Below are positions 13,257 through 25,609 of a stretch of DNA of 64,000 bases, piece by piece (the first letter of the stretch is position 1; the number at the start of each line of letters is the position of its first letter). Under the pieces are notes generated by a model. It ran no database searches, was not told the origin of the DNA, and worked only from the letters and a program-made list of their open reading frames with translations. The stretch is taken from positions 1,223,355 through 1,287,354 of the forward strand of contig NC_134030.1 of the NCBI RefSeq assembly GCF_964204645.1, given 5' to 3'. The position numbers were made by a program, and so were the translations under genes. The DNA is from Tubulanus polymorphus. Lineage: Eukaryota > Animalia > Nemertea.

Positions 13257-13561
13257 TTCGCGCTTGGAAGTCGGGAGGCGTCTCTGGCGGAAGAGATGCG
13301 CTTCTGCTGCTGCTGTTGTTGTTATCCGAATTCAGAGGTGGCGATCGGCCTGGCGACCCAAAGTAGAGACGCTAGAAATTAAAAAATAATATAAATATAT
13401 TAGTCAATTTCATTAAAAATTAAATTTTCAACATTTTTATTGTAACGTTCATTAGTTAACAAATTAGCATGAAGCGATGAATTTGTACTCACAGGTGCAT
13501 ATGGACTTGATGTAGAGGGACCCCCTTGTCCGCTGGGTGCCTTTTTGGTGGCTTTTGACAT
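13257..13561 (-). pseudogene. Compact paralog: exon 1 spliced to a fused exon 5/6, open frame
   Basis: 13561-13493 MSKATKKAPSGQGGPSTSSPYAP|gtgagt, 121-nt intron, then 13371-13257 RLYFGSPGRSPPLNSDNNNSSSRSASLPPETPPDFQAR ending in phase 1 at gtaagt. Confidence 0.8.
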
Positions 13562-14438
13562 CTAAAAACATTAGTTATAATATATAATAATATGAAAATA
13601 TATCATATATCGAGCCAGTCAAACAGTTCAGTACTTTCTAACAACTATTCTTAATCATGAATAAATTGAAAATATATCATATATCGAGCCAGTCAAACAG
13701 TTCAGTACTTTCTTACAACTATTCTTAATCATGAATAAATTAGCATGGAAACAGTAAATTTGTACTAACAGTAGGATACGGGCTTGATGTTGAGGGCCCG
13801 CACCCCACGTTTTTTTCACTGCTTTCGGCATTATCTAGAAAAATAAGTAAAACTATAAAATCATTTGAAAATAAATTATATATCAGATTGTGGTAATCAT
13901 GGTAATCATGGTATGAATAAATTAGCATGGACGCAGTAAATTTGTACTAGCACCATCGTTTGTACTGGACGTGAGGGTGCCCTCGCTCATTGAAATTCCC
14001 TTTTGTTTACCATGAGGTAACATTTCAGATGGAGCCACTTTGACTATAATAAACGGTTGTAGTTCTACTGTTCACTGCTTCAGGTTTTCTATTGCAATAT
14101 GTCACTATTGAACAAGAAACAAGAAATCAATCGAAGTTTGTCCGAACTGGTTTTTCAGTTTTTCTCCACTCGTCTATAACGGGCTATCAATCAATATGGT
14201 CGAAAGTGCAGAATGTTCCAGCTGATAAAAACTGGGTTCCAAAATAATCAGCCCTTTGCATGTGATGATGCGAACGATCTGCCTGGGTGCACCCTGGTAT
14301 AGATTTGACGATGCAGTAATGTATGACGGACATTACCTGTCAGTAGCAGAAGCAGGGTTTAATATTCTATATATATATATAAATTTCGGTTTCAAGCTCA
14401 AGAATGATGACTTCAAACAGGCGTTTACGATAACTTAC

Positions 14439-14510
14439 GTCAATTCCGGACATCGAAATATTGAACCGTTGTTGTTGTTGTTGTTGTTGTTGTTGTTGCT
14501 GCGCTGTACC
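14439..14510 (-). pseudogene. Paralog of polyQ coding exon 2
   Basis: GTA(Q)nRFNISMSGID|gtaagt; 14100-14770 is an inverted copy of ~29633-30290. Confidence 0.8.
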
Positions 14511-14765
14511 CTATAAAAGAGAAAACATATTCATACAATGACAAGAAATAGGACAGACGCGAAATCAGAGTTTATCTAACAGTTTATCTCTAGGACGGAT
14601 GTGGCTGTGAAATCAGACAGTTTATCTCTAGGATGGACACGTCTGTTAACTGTTGCCACTGGTTACCTCGAAAAAACCGTTCCTGATATAACTAAATAGT
14701 TTCCATAGCAACCAGACGAGGTCAAACAATGCAAATTGAGAGATAATAAGGTAATGGATTCGAGG

Positions 14766-15484
14766 GGGTCTGTCTTGAGGTTGTTGGTTGTTGCAGCAGC
14801 TATGGGTCAGTCTTGAGTTTGTTGGTTGTTTTAGCAGCTATGGGTCAGTCTTGAGTTTGTTGGTTGTTTCAGCAGCTGGGTCAGTCTTGAGTTTGTTGGT
14901 TGTTTCAGCAGCAGCTATGGGTCAGTCTTGAGTTTGTTGGTTGTTGCAGCAGCTGGGTCAGTCTTGAGTTTGTTGGTTGTTGCAGCAGCTGGGTCTGTCT
15001 TGAGTTTGTTGGTTGTTTCAGCAGCTATGGGTCAGTCTTGAGTTTGTTCATTGTTGCAGCAGCAGCAGCTATGGGTCTGTCTTGAGTTTGTTGATTGTTG
15101 CAGCAGCTGGGTCAGTCTTGAGTTTGTTGGTTGTTTCAGCAACAGCAGCTATGGGTCAGTCTTGAGTTTGTTGGTTGTTTCAGCAGCAGCAGCTATGGGT
15201 CAGTCTTGAGTTTGTTGATTGTTTCAGCAGCAGCAGCTATGGGTCAGTCTTGAGTTTGTTGGTTGTTTCAGCAGCTATGGGTCAGTCTTGAGTTTGTTGG
15301 TTATTTCAGCAGCAGCAGCTATGGGTCAGTCTTGAGTTTGTTGATTGTTGCAGCAGCTGGGTCAGTCTTGAGTTTGTTGGTTGTTTCAGCAGCAGCAGCT
15401 ATGGGTCAGTCTTGAGTTTGTTGGTTGTTTCAGCAGCAGCAGCTATGGGTCAGTCTTGAGTTTGTTGGTTGTTTCAGCAGCTAT
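14766..15484. repeat. Minisatellite of 35-44 bp (gggtcagtcttgagtttgttggttgtttcag(cag)nctat)
   Basis: Tandem units with a variable number of cag; a second array lies at 18820-19240. Confidence 0.95.
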
Positions 15485-15656
15485 GCAAAAACTGAAAATA
15501 CAATCGAAGACAATGTTAAAATCCTGATCTGATTTGTATAGTGTAAGTGAATGGTTTTGGGGTTCGGACTGTCTGCCCACACGAGAACACCCGACCCTCG
15601 CGCTACTGCTGCATATGACTGCTCAGTGCGTCTGAGGAGCCTTGATGGACACTTAC

Positions 15657-16406
15657 CGGCGTAGTAGGCGATAAACCGGTGTCGAAACCCCGCTGGGCGG
15701 CGTTTTTGGCAAAAACTGAAAATACAATCAAAGACAATGTTAAAAACCTGATCTGATTTGTATAGTGTAAGTGAATGGTTTTGGGGTTCGGACCGTCTGC
15801 CCACACGAGAACACCCGACCCTCGCGCTACTGCTGCATTTGACTGCTCGGTGCGTCTGAGGAGCCTTGATGGACAGAACACACCATTGATGGAATAATGG
15901 TCAATTCAGTCTAACCTCGTTAAAACTCTGTAAATGTGAGTTAAACTCATTGAAATTCCCTTTTGTTTACCATGAGGTAACATTTCAGATGGAGCCACTT
16001 TGACTACTGTTCACTGCTTCAGGTTTTCTATTGCAATATGTCACTATTGAACAAGAAACAAGAAATCAATCGAAGTTTGTCCGAACTGGTTTTTCAGTTT
16101 TTCTCCACTCGTCTATAACGGGCTATCAATCAATATGGTTGAATGTGCAGAATGTTCCAGCTGATAAAAACTGGGTTCCAAAATAATCAGCCCTTTGCAT
16201 GTGATGATGCGAACGATCTGCCTGGGTGCACCCTGGTATAGATTTGACGATGCAGTAATGTATGACGGACATTACCTGTCAGTAGCAGAAGCAGGGTTTA
16301 ATATTCTATAATATAAATTTCGGTTTCAAGCTCAAGAATGATGACTTCAAACAGGCGTTTACGATAACTTACGTAAATTCCGGACATTGAAATATCAAAC
16401 AGTCGA

Positions 16407-16438
<32 letters not shown>

Positions 16439-18190
16439 TTGTTGTTGTGTTCTAGTAGCGTACGGGCTTGACGTTGAGGGCCCCGCGCCCCGGGTTTTTT
16501 TTGTCGCTTTTGGCATTATCTAGAAAAACAAGTAAAAATATTAAATCATTTGAAAATATATCAGTCAGTCTTATTCTGGTTCAGTGAACTAATTCTCTAT
16601 ATGGTGCATGTAGGGGTCCAGGAACACCACATCCACTAATTCTCTATATGGTGCATGTAGGGGTCCAGGGACACCACATCCACTAATTCTCTATATGGTG
16701 CATGTAGGGGTCCAGGGACACCACATCCACTAATTCTCTATATGGTGCATGTAGGGGTCCAGGGACACCACATCCACTAATTCTCTATATGGTGCATGTA
16801 GGGGTCCAGGGACACCACATCCACTAATTCTCTATATGGTGCATGTAGGGGTCCAGGGACACCACATCCACTAATTCTATATATGATGCATGTAGGGGTC
16901 CAGGGACACCACATCCACTAATTCTCTATATGATGCATGTAGGGGTCCAGGGACACCACATCCACTAATTCTCTATATGGTGCATGTAGGGGTCCAGGGA
17001 CACCACATCCACTAATTCTCTATATGATGCATGTAGGGGTCCAGGGACACCACATCCACTAATTCTCTATATGGTGCATGTAGGGGTCCAGGGACACCAC
17101 ATCCACTAATTCTCTATATGATGCATGTAGGGGTCCAGGGACACCACATCCACTAATTCTCTATATGGTGCATGTAGGGGTCCAGGGACACCACATCCAC
17201 TAATTCTCTATATGATGCATGTAGGGGTCCAGGGACACCACATCCACTAATTCTCTATATGGTGCATGTAGGGGTCCAGGGACACCACATCCACTAATTC
17301 TCTATATGATGCATGTAGGGGTCCAGGGACACCACATCCACTAATTCTCTATATGGTGCATGTAGGGGTCCAGGGACACCACATCCACTAATTCTCTATA
17401 TGGTGCATGTAGGGGTCCAGGGACACCACATCCACTAATTCTCTATATGGTGCATGTAGGGGTCCAGGGACACCACATCCACTAATTCTCTATATGGTGC
17501 ATGTAGGGGTCCAGGGACACCACATCCACTAATTCTCTATATGGTGCATGTAGGGGTCCAGGGACACCACATCCACTAATTCTCTATATGGTGCATGTAG
17601 GGGTCCAGGGACACCACATCCACTAATTCTCTATATGGTGCATGTAGGGGTCCAGGGACACCACATCCACTAATTCTCTATATGGTGCATGTAGGGGTCC
17701 AGGGACACCACATCCACTAATTCTCTATATGGTGCATGTAGGGGTCCAGGGACACCACATCCACTAATTCTCTATATGATGCATGTAGGGGTCCAGGGAC
17801 ACCACATCCACTAATTCTCTATATGGTGCATGTAGGGGTCCAGGGACACCACATCCACTTAGTTGTTGGGCCCGGGCGCTTTCACCCTTCTTGCTGAAAA
17901 TCAACTGATATCCTGAATTCTGACTAATTACAGATTGAAAACTGTAATTCACAAGTGCAATAATCAATGATTTCAATCCAAATAAGATTTTCTTAGCTAC
18001 AGTTTAATCATTACCAAGTGGAGCTAGGAGCTGATCTAATGTGTTTTTCATCAGCTAATCATTCATATTTAGGCCTCTATCTAATACATCTGTATGATAC
18101 TTACGATGATTTTAAACGAATCTGACTGTCCAATACGACGTCTGTGAAACGAATGATTCGATCAGCTGACCGCTGGTCACTGTTCAGTAG
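15657..18190 (-). pseudogene. 5' part of a paralogous gene: 5' UTR exon (~18190-18104), fused exon 1/2 (ATG 16516 to 16373), frameshifted exon 3 (15715-15657)
   Basis: UTR exon homologous to 24930-24980; MPKATKKTRGAGPSTSSPYATRT(Q)nHRLFDISMSGIY|gtaagt; the exon 3 copy is 59 nt and breaks the frame. Confidence 0.8.
16588..17859. repeat. 47-bp satellite (cactaattctctatatggtgcatgtaggggtccagggacaccacatc), ~27 copies
   Basis: Near-identical tandem units without spacers; same family at 10712-10824, 27406-28596 (inverted), 56590-57075 and from 63983 (inverted). Confidence 0.98.
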
Positions 18191-18422
18191 TGTTCGCTAT
18201 AAAAGAGAAAACATATTCATACAATGACAACCAATTCATATATATAGGAGTATAATATAATGATAATAATAGAAAAACTATCAGATTAAGAAATAAAGAA
18301 TATCATAATATCAAATAAATTGAAAATCCATCATATATCGTGCCACAGTTCAGTACTTTCCTTACAACTATCCTTAATCATGGTATGAATCAATTAGCAT
18401 GAAAGCAGTAAATTTGTACTTA

Positions 18423-18805
18423 CAGCAGCATACGGGCTTGATGTTGAGGGGCCCGCGCCCCGGGTTTTCTTTAAAGCTTTTGGCATAATTCGTAATGTGG
18501 ATGGGCTGGCGTCCCATGTTTTTTGTTTGCTTTTAGCATACTTGAATGGTTAATGCTTGACATCTCTCCCAGATTGTATTGGCTTGAAACCTGCCTTATT
18601 GGTATCTAGAAAAATATGTATAACTATTTAATCATTTGAAAATACATTTTATGATTAGTCAGTCATACAGTTCAGTACTTTCTTACACTTATTCTTAAGC
18701 ATAGTATGAATAAATTAGCATGAAAAGAGTAAATTTGTAGTTACCAGCATACGGGCTGGGAGTAGAGGGGCCGGCGCCCCACATTTTTTCATGGCTTTTG
18801 GCATT
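18423..18805 (-). pseudogene. Further MPKA exon copies
   Basis: MPKALKKTRGAGPSTSSPYAA|gtaagt (~18425-18487), a decayed MLKANKK copy, and a frameshifted MPKAMKK..GAGPSTPSPYA (~18745-18804). Confidence 0.8.
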
Positions 18806-18819
18806 GTTTTCTTTGTTTG

Positions 18820-19240
18820 TGGCAGCAACTATGGGTAGGTCTGTCTTGAGTTTGTTGATTGTTGCAGCAGCTGGGTCAGTCTTGAGTTTGTTGGTTGTTT
18901 CAGCAGCTATGGGTCAGTCTTGAGTTTGTTGGTTGTTTCAGCAGCTATGGGTCAGTCTTGAGTTTGTTGGTTGTTTCAGCAGCAGCAGCTATGGGTCAGT
19001 CTTGAGTTTGTTGGTTGTTTCAGCAGCAGCTATGGGTCAGTCTTGAGTTTGTTGGTTATTTCAGCAGCAGCAGCTATGGGTCAGTCTTGAGTTTGTTGGT
19101 TGTTTCAGCAGCAGCAGCTATGGGTCAGTCTTGAGTTTGTTGGTTATTTCAGCAGCAGCAGCTATGGGTCAGTCTTGAGTTTGTTGATTGTTTCAGCAGC
19201 AGCAGCTATGGGTCAGTCTTGAGTTTGTTGGTTGTCTTGA
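18820..19240. repeat. Second array of the 35-44-bp minisatellite
   Basis: Same unit as 14766-15484. Confidence 0.95.
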
Positions 19241-19674
19241 TTTTTTTCTTCAGGAATTCAAGAACAAAGTAGTTGCATGTAGGTAGACACATTCATGAAT
19301 CACTCAGTGTCTTCCTGTCCCACCATAACTTCCTTGATCCTCATTACTCGGATTTATTCTCTGAACCACTTTTCCATGTTTGTTGTGGTTTGTTTGTTTT
19401 GATTTGCTGGTGGTTTAAGCATGCATGTTGAGGGAGCTCTATCAATCCAGGAACAGTCAGCTCACAAGCAGCCCCTGCCCAAAAGGTTTTGACATTATAT
19501 TTTCAAAAGCTCTAGTTGTTCTGTAGAACCGAGAGCGGAGCTCTGACTTGTTCCCCTCACTGCTGAGGTCTACTTTCTCTGATTCGCTGATTGGCTTCTC
19601 TTTGGTACATATTGGATGATCAAAAACTAGAAACTGTCATGCGTTTATTCATTTTGGTATATGTTAAAATTCTT

Positions 19675-20048
19675 TTACAGTAAAGGCATATTAGGCACAT
19701 CAAAACAAACCCGGAATTGTCCCCGAACGAAGTGGCTCCCTCCATTCTCCATCAGTATGCCGGGCCACCACCTCTACCTCTCGGGCCACTCGATCCCTCG
19801 CCAGCTTTTTGGGCGAGTGAACGAGTGACCGCCCGAGATACGGATGGAGGAGCAGGACCCGCACCATCCCCAGCCCCACCACCATCCCTCCTCGGCCTCT
19901 TCCTATTAATTCTTACCCCTTCCTCCTGATTGCCTTGATCAGCTGCGCCATCCGCAGGGGCAACTCTTGCCTCCCCTCCCTGAGGAGCCACGACGACCGC
20001 AACTTTTCTTTTCCTTTTCGTGCGAGTTTTTTTTGGCGGTGGTCGTGT
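19675..20048 (-). pseudogene. Frameshifted copy of the last coding exon
   Basis: Acceptor ctctttacag, then TRPPPKKTRTKRKRKVAVVVAPQGG...RKRPRRDGGG; a frameshift gives QKAGEGSSGPRGRGGGPAY*. Confidence 0.85.
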
Positions 20049-20340
20049 CTGTAAAGAGAAAAAAATGAACAATAAGTATTTAGTATAATACACCTATGTG
20101 CGTATAATACACCTATGTGAGTCCTTCGCTATTAAACACATAGAACTGTGGAACTGGATCCCGAGGCTAATCTAAATGCGCGCAATTGAGTCCAAGTGCA
20201 ACTAAAGCACACAACTGCGGATCAGATAAATCATTGGTAGATTCACTTGTAAAATATCTCGCTAAGAACAAACTAAAAACTGTAGAATGTTGTTGAAACT
20301 GTTGTGTGTTATTCATTTGGGTATATGTTATATTTGAATT

Positions 20341-20990
20341 TTTTTCAGTGAAGGCATATTAGGCGCACATGAACGTCTCATGCGTTCAAGGCATATCCCT
20401 TCACTGAAAGAATATTCTTTAGATCAGTTAACAAATCCGGAATTGTCCCCGAACGAAGTGGCTCCCTCCACTCTCCATCAGTATGCCGGGTCACCACCTC
20501 TACCTCTCGGGCCACTCGATCACTCGCCAGCTTTTTGACGAGTGACCGCCCAAGATACCGATGGAGGAGCAGGAGGAGCAGGACCCGCACCATCTCCAGC
20601 CCCACCACCATCCCTCCTCGGCCGCTTCCTATTTATCCCCTCCCCTTCCTCCCGATTACCTTCGTCAGCCGCACCATCCGCCGGGACCACTCTTGCTCCT
20701 CCTCCCTGCGGAGCCACGACGACCGCAACTGGTACTTTTCGGTTTCTCTTGGTTTCCCACCATCTTTCAAAAGAGAACTATCGATATATCATTAGCTACA
20801 AGGAAACTTTTCAGAAACTTTTTCAGGTCATTCTTTCTTGTATTATTAGCATTTGATTCTCTATATATCGTCAGAACATGGACTCAGAGTGTTTCTTTAA
20901 TGGTTAAGAATGTCTCTTTAACCAACATCCCCCTAGCCTGCTTCCTACATATCCCTTCCCTTTCCTCCTGATTACCTTTGATCCCCACTG
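20341..20990 (-). pseudogene. Second copy of the last exon (deletion/frameshift) plus an older diverged fragment
   Basis: ORFs 20520-20717 and 20378-20611 match 47379-47714 in two frames; ~20925-20990 reads KGNQEEREGICRKQARG versus EGNREEGEGINRKRPRR. Confidence 0.85.
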
Positions 20991-21666
20991 CCTAGCAGCT
21001 AACAGCTGCTGCTATTTTATCTGGTTTACATGTTTTGCAGATAGTGTCTGTTATGCTATAGTTGTTCTTTTAATCGTTTAACTTCTTCATCTGAAATTTC
21101 ATTATTCTAATTTCAGTTTCACGCAGAAATGGTTCATGAAAATCTGCATTGAGACTGGGACGAAATGTGCATTGAGACGGATGAAATCTGCATGAACAGA
21201 GATATACTTTAAGATCCCCATTTTATCCATCGGAGTGAATGTACATCCACTACTCACAGGTAGCAAACCTACAAACGCTAAACACTCATCCCTGGGCCCT
21301 GATTCAAAATATAAAAAAAAAAGATTAAATTAAGAATTAACATTTTTATGAATCAGTGATCAGTTTCATAAAATAATTCCTAAATTAATTTTAGGGGTTT
21401 ATTATTTCAGATTGAAATGAATTCTTCATGTTTATGCAATTCTCATTATCTTTCATTGCAGCATTTATATATTCAATTTTAATCATACATGTGAAATATA
21501 TAATGTATTTTCAGGGAAACGTAAACAAGAAAGGAAGGGAAGAAAGAGAAGGGAAGAAAGAGAAGGGAAGAAAGAGTTGGATGATTAATGCGCACTTATT
21601 CTCCATTCCGAATTCCTGTACTCGACTCTAGGTGATCATCATACGAACGAGATATAGAAAAAAAAA

Positions 21667-22360
21667 CATTACTGAAGTCATCTCTATTTTTTAGTCTCAA
21701 TTTGTATTTCTAATTCAATTTACTAAGTGTGTAAGTCATCATTTGGATAAGTCGTCACATTACTGAAGTCATCTCTATTTTTTAGTCTCAATTTGTATTT
21801 CTAATTCAATTTACTAAGTGTGTAAGTCATAATTTGGATAAATCGTCACATTACTGAAGTCATCTCTATTTTTTAGTCTCAATTTGTATTTCTAATTCAA
21901 TTCACTAAGTGTGTAAGTCATCATTTGGATAAGTCGTCACATTACTGAAGTCATCTCTATTTTTTAGTCTCAATTTGTATTTCTAATTCAATTCACTAAG
22001 TGTGTAAGTCATCATTTGGATAAGTCGTCACATTACTGAAGTCATCTCTATTTTTTAGTCTCAATTTGTATTTCTAATTCAATTTACTAAGTGTGTAAGT
22101 CATAATTTGGATAAATCGTCACATTACTGAAGTCATCTCTATTTTTTACTCTCAATTTGTATTTCTAATTCAATTTACTAAGTGTGTAAGTCATCATTTG
22201 GAAGTGTAAGTCATAATTTGGATAAATCGTCACATTACTGAAGTCATCTCTATTTTTTAGTCTCAATTTGTATTTCTAATTCAATTCACTAAGTGTGTAA
22301 GTCATCATTTGGATAAGTCGTCACATTATTGAAGTCATCTCTATTTTGAAGTCTCAATTA
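21667..22360. repeat. 91-bp tandem repeat, ~7.5 copies (~3.3 copies in the duplicate at 58608-58915)
   Basis: cattactgaagtcatctctatttttt... with period 91. Confidence 0.95.
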
Positions 22361-24824
22361 GTATTCAGTTTACTTCAGATAACGTAATTTGGTTTAATCA
22401 CAAGTCGTCAACATTATAATCAATGTAACTACAGTGACTACATTATTGTCCTTTTATTGAGAAATTTATGTTAATTTTTGATTTCTGGGATAAATCAAAA
22501 TTCAAATGTTATCATTTTTTGTATCAAAAATTGTAAAAAATTGAATAATTTGTGTGCTATTTAAACATTCAGTTATGGGGAGTTTTAAGCTCAGAAAACT
22601 TTGAGCCTGTTTATACAAGTGTTGTAACAAGTGTTGAACAATTCAAAGATCATGTTGTTTATACTTTGTCATGTTAGAAAAAATGTTTTCTAGTATATTG
22701 ATGTTTCTAAAAAAACATATGATTCAACTTTAAAAGGCCAACAAGCCTTCTAATAAAACTAGTTTGTCATATATATATATATTACTTGGTCATTGTCAAG
22801 TTTTTTAAAAAATATTTTGGTTTTCTCAGCTTTCTCTGGTGGAAATTTCTTCGTGGAATTCCTCTTCTATACAAGTTCCTCCTCAGACTGTTTTTATGCG
22901 AGAGTTTATAACAACCGGATCCTCAGAAAATGGTCGGAGTGCCAAGTCTTCGATTTAAGATCACCAGTCTTATCTGAGACCATAAGTTCACTAGCAAGTT
23001 TCACTAGCGATTCCAACAGCTATAGGATGGAACAGTATTATAATATAGGTCACCACTGTGCAATTGAGCCCAGATCATCAGAAAAAGATAAAAGTGAAGA
23101 TATGTGATGGGATTCATTGAAAATTTTGCATATATAATTAATTCATTGAACTACTTAATTTGTATGATTTATTTTTTGGGAATTTTCGAATTTGTCATCA
23201 ATAACTAGTATATATTTCTTTTCAAGTTGTGAGCGATCTAGTTCTCTGTCGACCCATTGAAAATGAATCGACTCTGAACTGTAGAACTGGACCCAGGGAG
23301 CTGAATCTCGCGTGCCACAGCAAGATACAGAGCTCTTCAATGTCTTAACCGTCAGGTGCTGCCCCTAAACAAATCAATTGCGGTAAATCTGTGAACTAAC
23401 TTATAGCTCGCTTGCCAGAGTAGAATCATAGCGAGCTGTCTAAAATCTTGAACCGTCTAGTGCTGCCCCTTAATCGATATGTATCGGAAAAGTGAATTTA
23501 TTACTCGCATGCCACAGTAGTTGAGTAGTTGGAACATCACGATAGACTCGTTTTTCTGTGCAGCTATAACGGGAACTATTTCAGATCTGATAATGAATAT
23601 AAACTCAGTCACAGTTCGATAACAAACGCCGCTGGGTGAAATTGATGTAAACAAATAATCGTGTTGAAATTGAATTTAGTTTAAGATATATTTTCGTGGT
23701 AGTTTTTATTTTCAAGCTGTTTACGTTCACTTCAAATGATGAAACGATGAAACCATATTAAATACATCCCTGTTTTAGTGGGGATTTTGAGTTTTGGTCC
23801 TTTCCGTATCTTCTAGAAACATCAAGTAGAAAGGCATTAACTAAACCCTATGTCTTTAACTTCAGGAGTCTATATGGAGTTTTCGGATGCCTCTTTTCCT
23901 CACTTCTTGCATTCGTCACTATTAGAAATCCGGACAAACTGAATTCAGTTCGACGAGGCCGAAGAACAGAAGACCAAAGAGTGATCTGCACTAGCCGCAG
24001 GGTTCGTGTTGGCTTGGATCGGTGGGAGGCAATCAAACCCCGACATGTGAAGATGTATCCTCAAAAATGGATACCGGAACGCTTCTCTGGTTTACGATGA
24101 TTAGTCTGCAGGGATAACTCTTTGGCGGGGCGTGATCGCGTGAAAAGCCCAAACTAAACCTTCAGAGTTCACTGTACTACAGCATACAACATCTGATAAC
24201 TTGCATAATAAAGCGCGGCGTGCATGAAAAGAATTGTATAAATGCGGGCAAGATTCCGTGCCCTGGCAATCGAACGCCGGAGTGGAGGTATTCCATACAC
24301 TGGTAGGTGAGTCGGAGCATAGACTGGTTGCTCGTCCCATAGAGACCGGTAACCAGTCTAGCCACCTCACGATCAGTCTACATTGAAATACCATTACTGA
24401 AATATGGTTGACGGAAATATTCATTTTATATCAGATTCTAAAATATTTTCTCGTATTGAATACAAAATTTTTATTATCTTAATAAGATAAATCTGCCAAA
24501 GCTCAACAATTTAAATTAGTGAAAACCGATGTGCGAAGTCGTCAATTCAGTAGCCCGATAGAGCCCGGTAACCAGTCTAACTGACAATGTTCATTGCGCG
24601 GGAATGAACGGGCAACTAGTCTACGATGAAAAATCATTTCTGAAAAATTATGAACGGAGATATTCATTTTACTTTGAATTTTGAATTATCTTATAAAACT
24701 GACAGCCATATTAACCAAAGTATTAATAGTAAATCTGATAAAATCTAATACCGGTTTTAGAATAGGTGAAAACTGATTTATGTGAAGCCGTCGGTTCAGA
24801 AGACTGATCCGTAGAATCGTTCGC

Positions 24825-24987
24825 CACTTTCTTCCGGTCCACTTACTTCCGCGTTTGTGATTTGCATACAAGTAGTTTGAATGTTAAATGTATTAAGCCG
24901 CGTGTTGATTGGTTGAGGTCAGTGCGGTTTACTGAACGATGACCAGCTGTCAGCTGATCGAATCATTCGTTTCACAGACATTACGAC
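24825..24987 (+). promoter_or_regulatory. Putative promoter and non-coding first exon of the orphan gene
   Basis: ETS-like cttccgg 24831 and acttccg 24845, octamer atttgcat 24860, CHR-like tttgaa 24876, inverted CCAAT 24907, gtaagt donor at 24988; a homologous exon sits upstream of the MPKA exon in the - strand paralog (~18104-18190). Confidence 0.65.
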
Positions 24988-25609
24988 GTAAGTATATTTT
25001 ACATCTTTGATCAAAAATTGTAGTGTAAAAAAACTCCAAACTAAGGCCTCTATAAATGATCGATTGACTTTAAATGATTACTTTAGCACAGCTCTTGTAG
25101 ACAATGATTAGGTGTCATAGTAGTTTAGCTCGAAAGTGCACATATAAGGTTAATTTTCATCCCTTATTTAGAGACCGAGGTATTGAGCGTCCATTTCAGC
25201 CCTTAAAACATCATCAACCTACCTCAAACTGACTGTTTTTAAATCCAGCAATAGTTACCTAACTATTGACTCATCATGGATTCGATTCAAAAACAATTTT
25301 AGTGATCATAGTGATTCGAAACGTTTGAATTTTTGAAAAACACGAATGCTAAACGACGGATCCGGACTTCGATTGCGGCCCAATGGCAGAGTTGATTTTC
25401 TTATTTGGAATTTGAAGATATAAATCACTGAAATCAATTGGTTTTCTCAACCAAAATTAAAATTAAGAAGAATTTAGGATGGAGATGTTTGATTTTCATT
25501 TTGTCTAAAATGCCGACTTAAAAATTAATTCAATTGAATCAAATTAATGAATTCATCATTTCACGATATTATAGATAATCAAAATGTGAATATGAAATCA
25601 CCTTTTCAA

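Noticed and set aside
16588-17859. 47-bp (and 63-bp, 46-bp) arrays as CRISPR
   Set aside because: Units are contiguous with no unique spacers, there are no cas genes, and the context is eukaryotic
20535-20971. Antisense Pro/His-rich ORFs (also 47290-47569, 57457-57787)
   Set aside because: Shadows of the GC-rich last exon
22793-24871. ORFs conserved between 22.8-24.9 kb and 59.4-61.4 kb as genes
   Set aside because: Conservation reflects the very recent duplication; one ORF (24101) is already frameshifted in the copy; no domains
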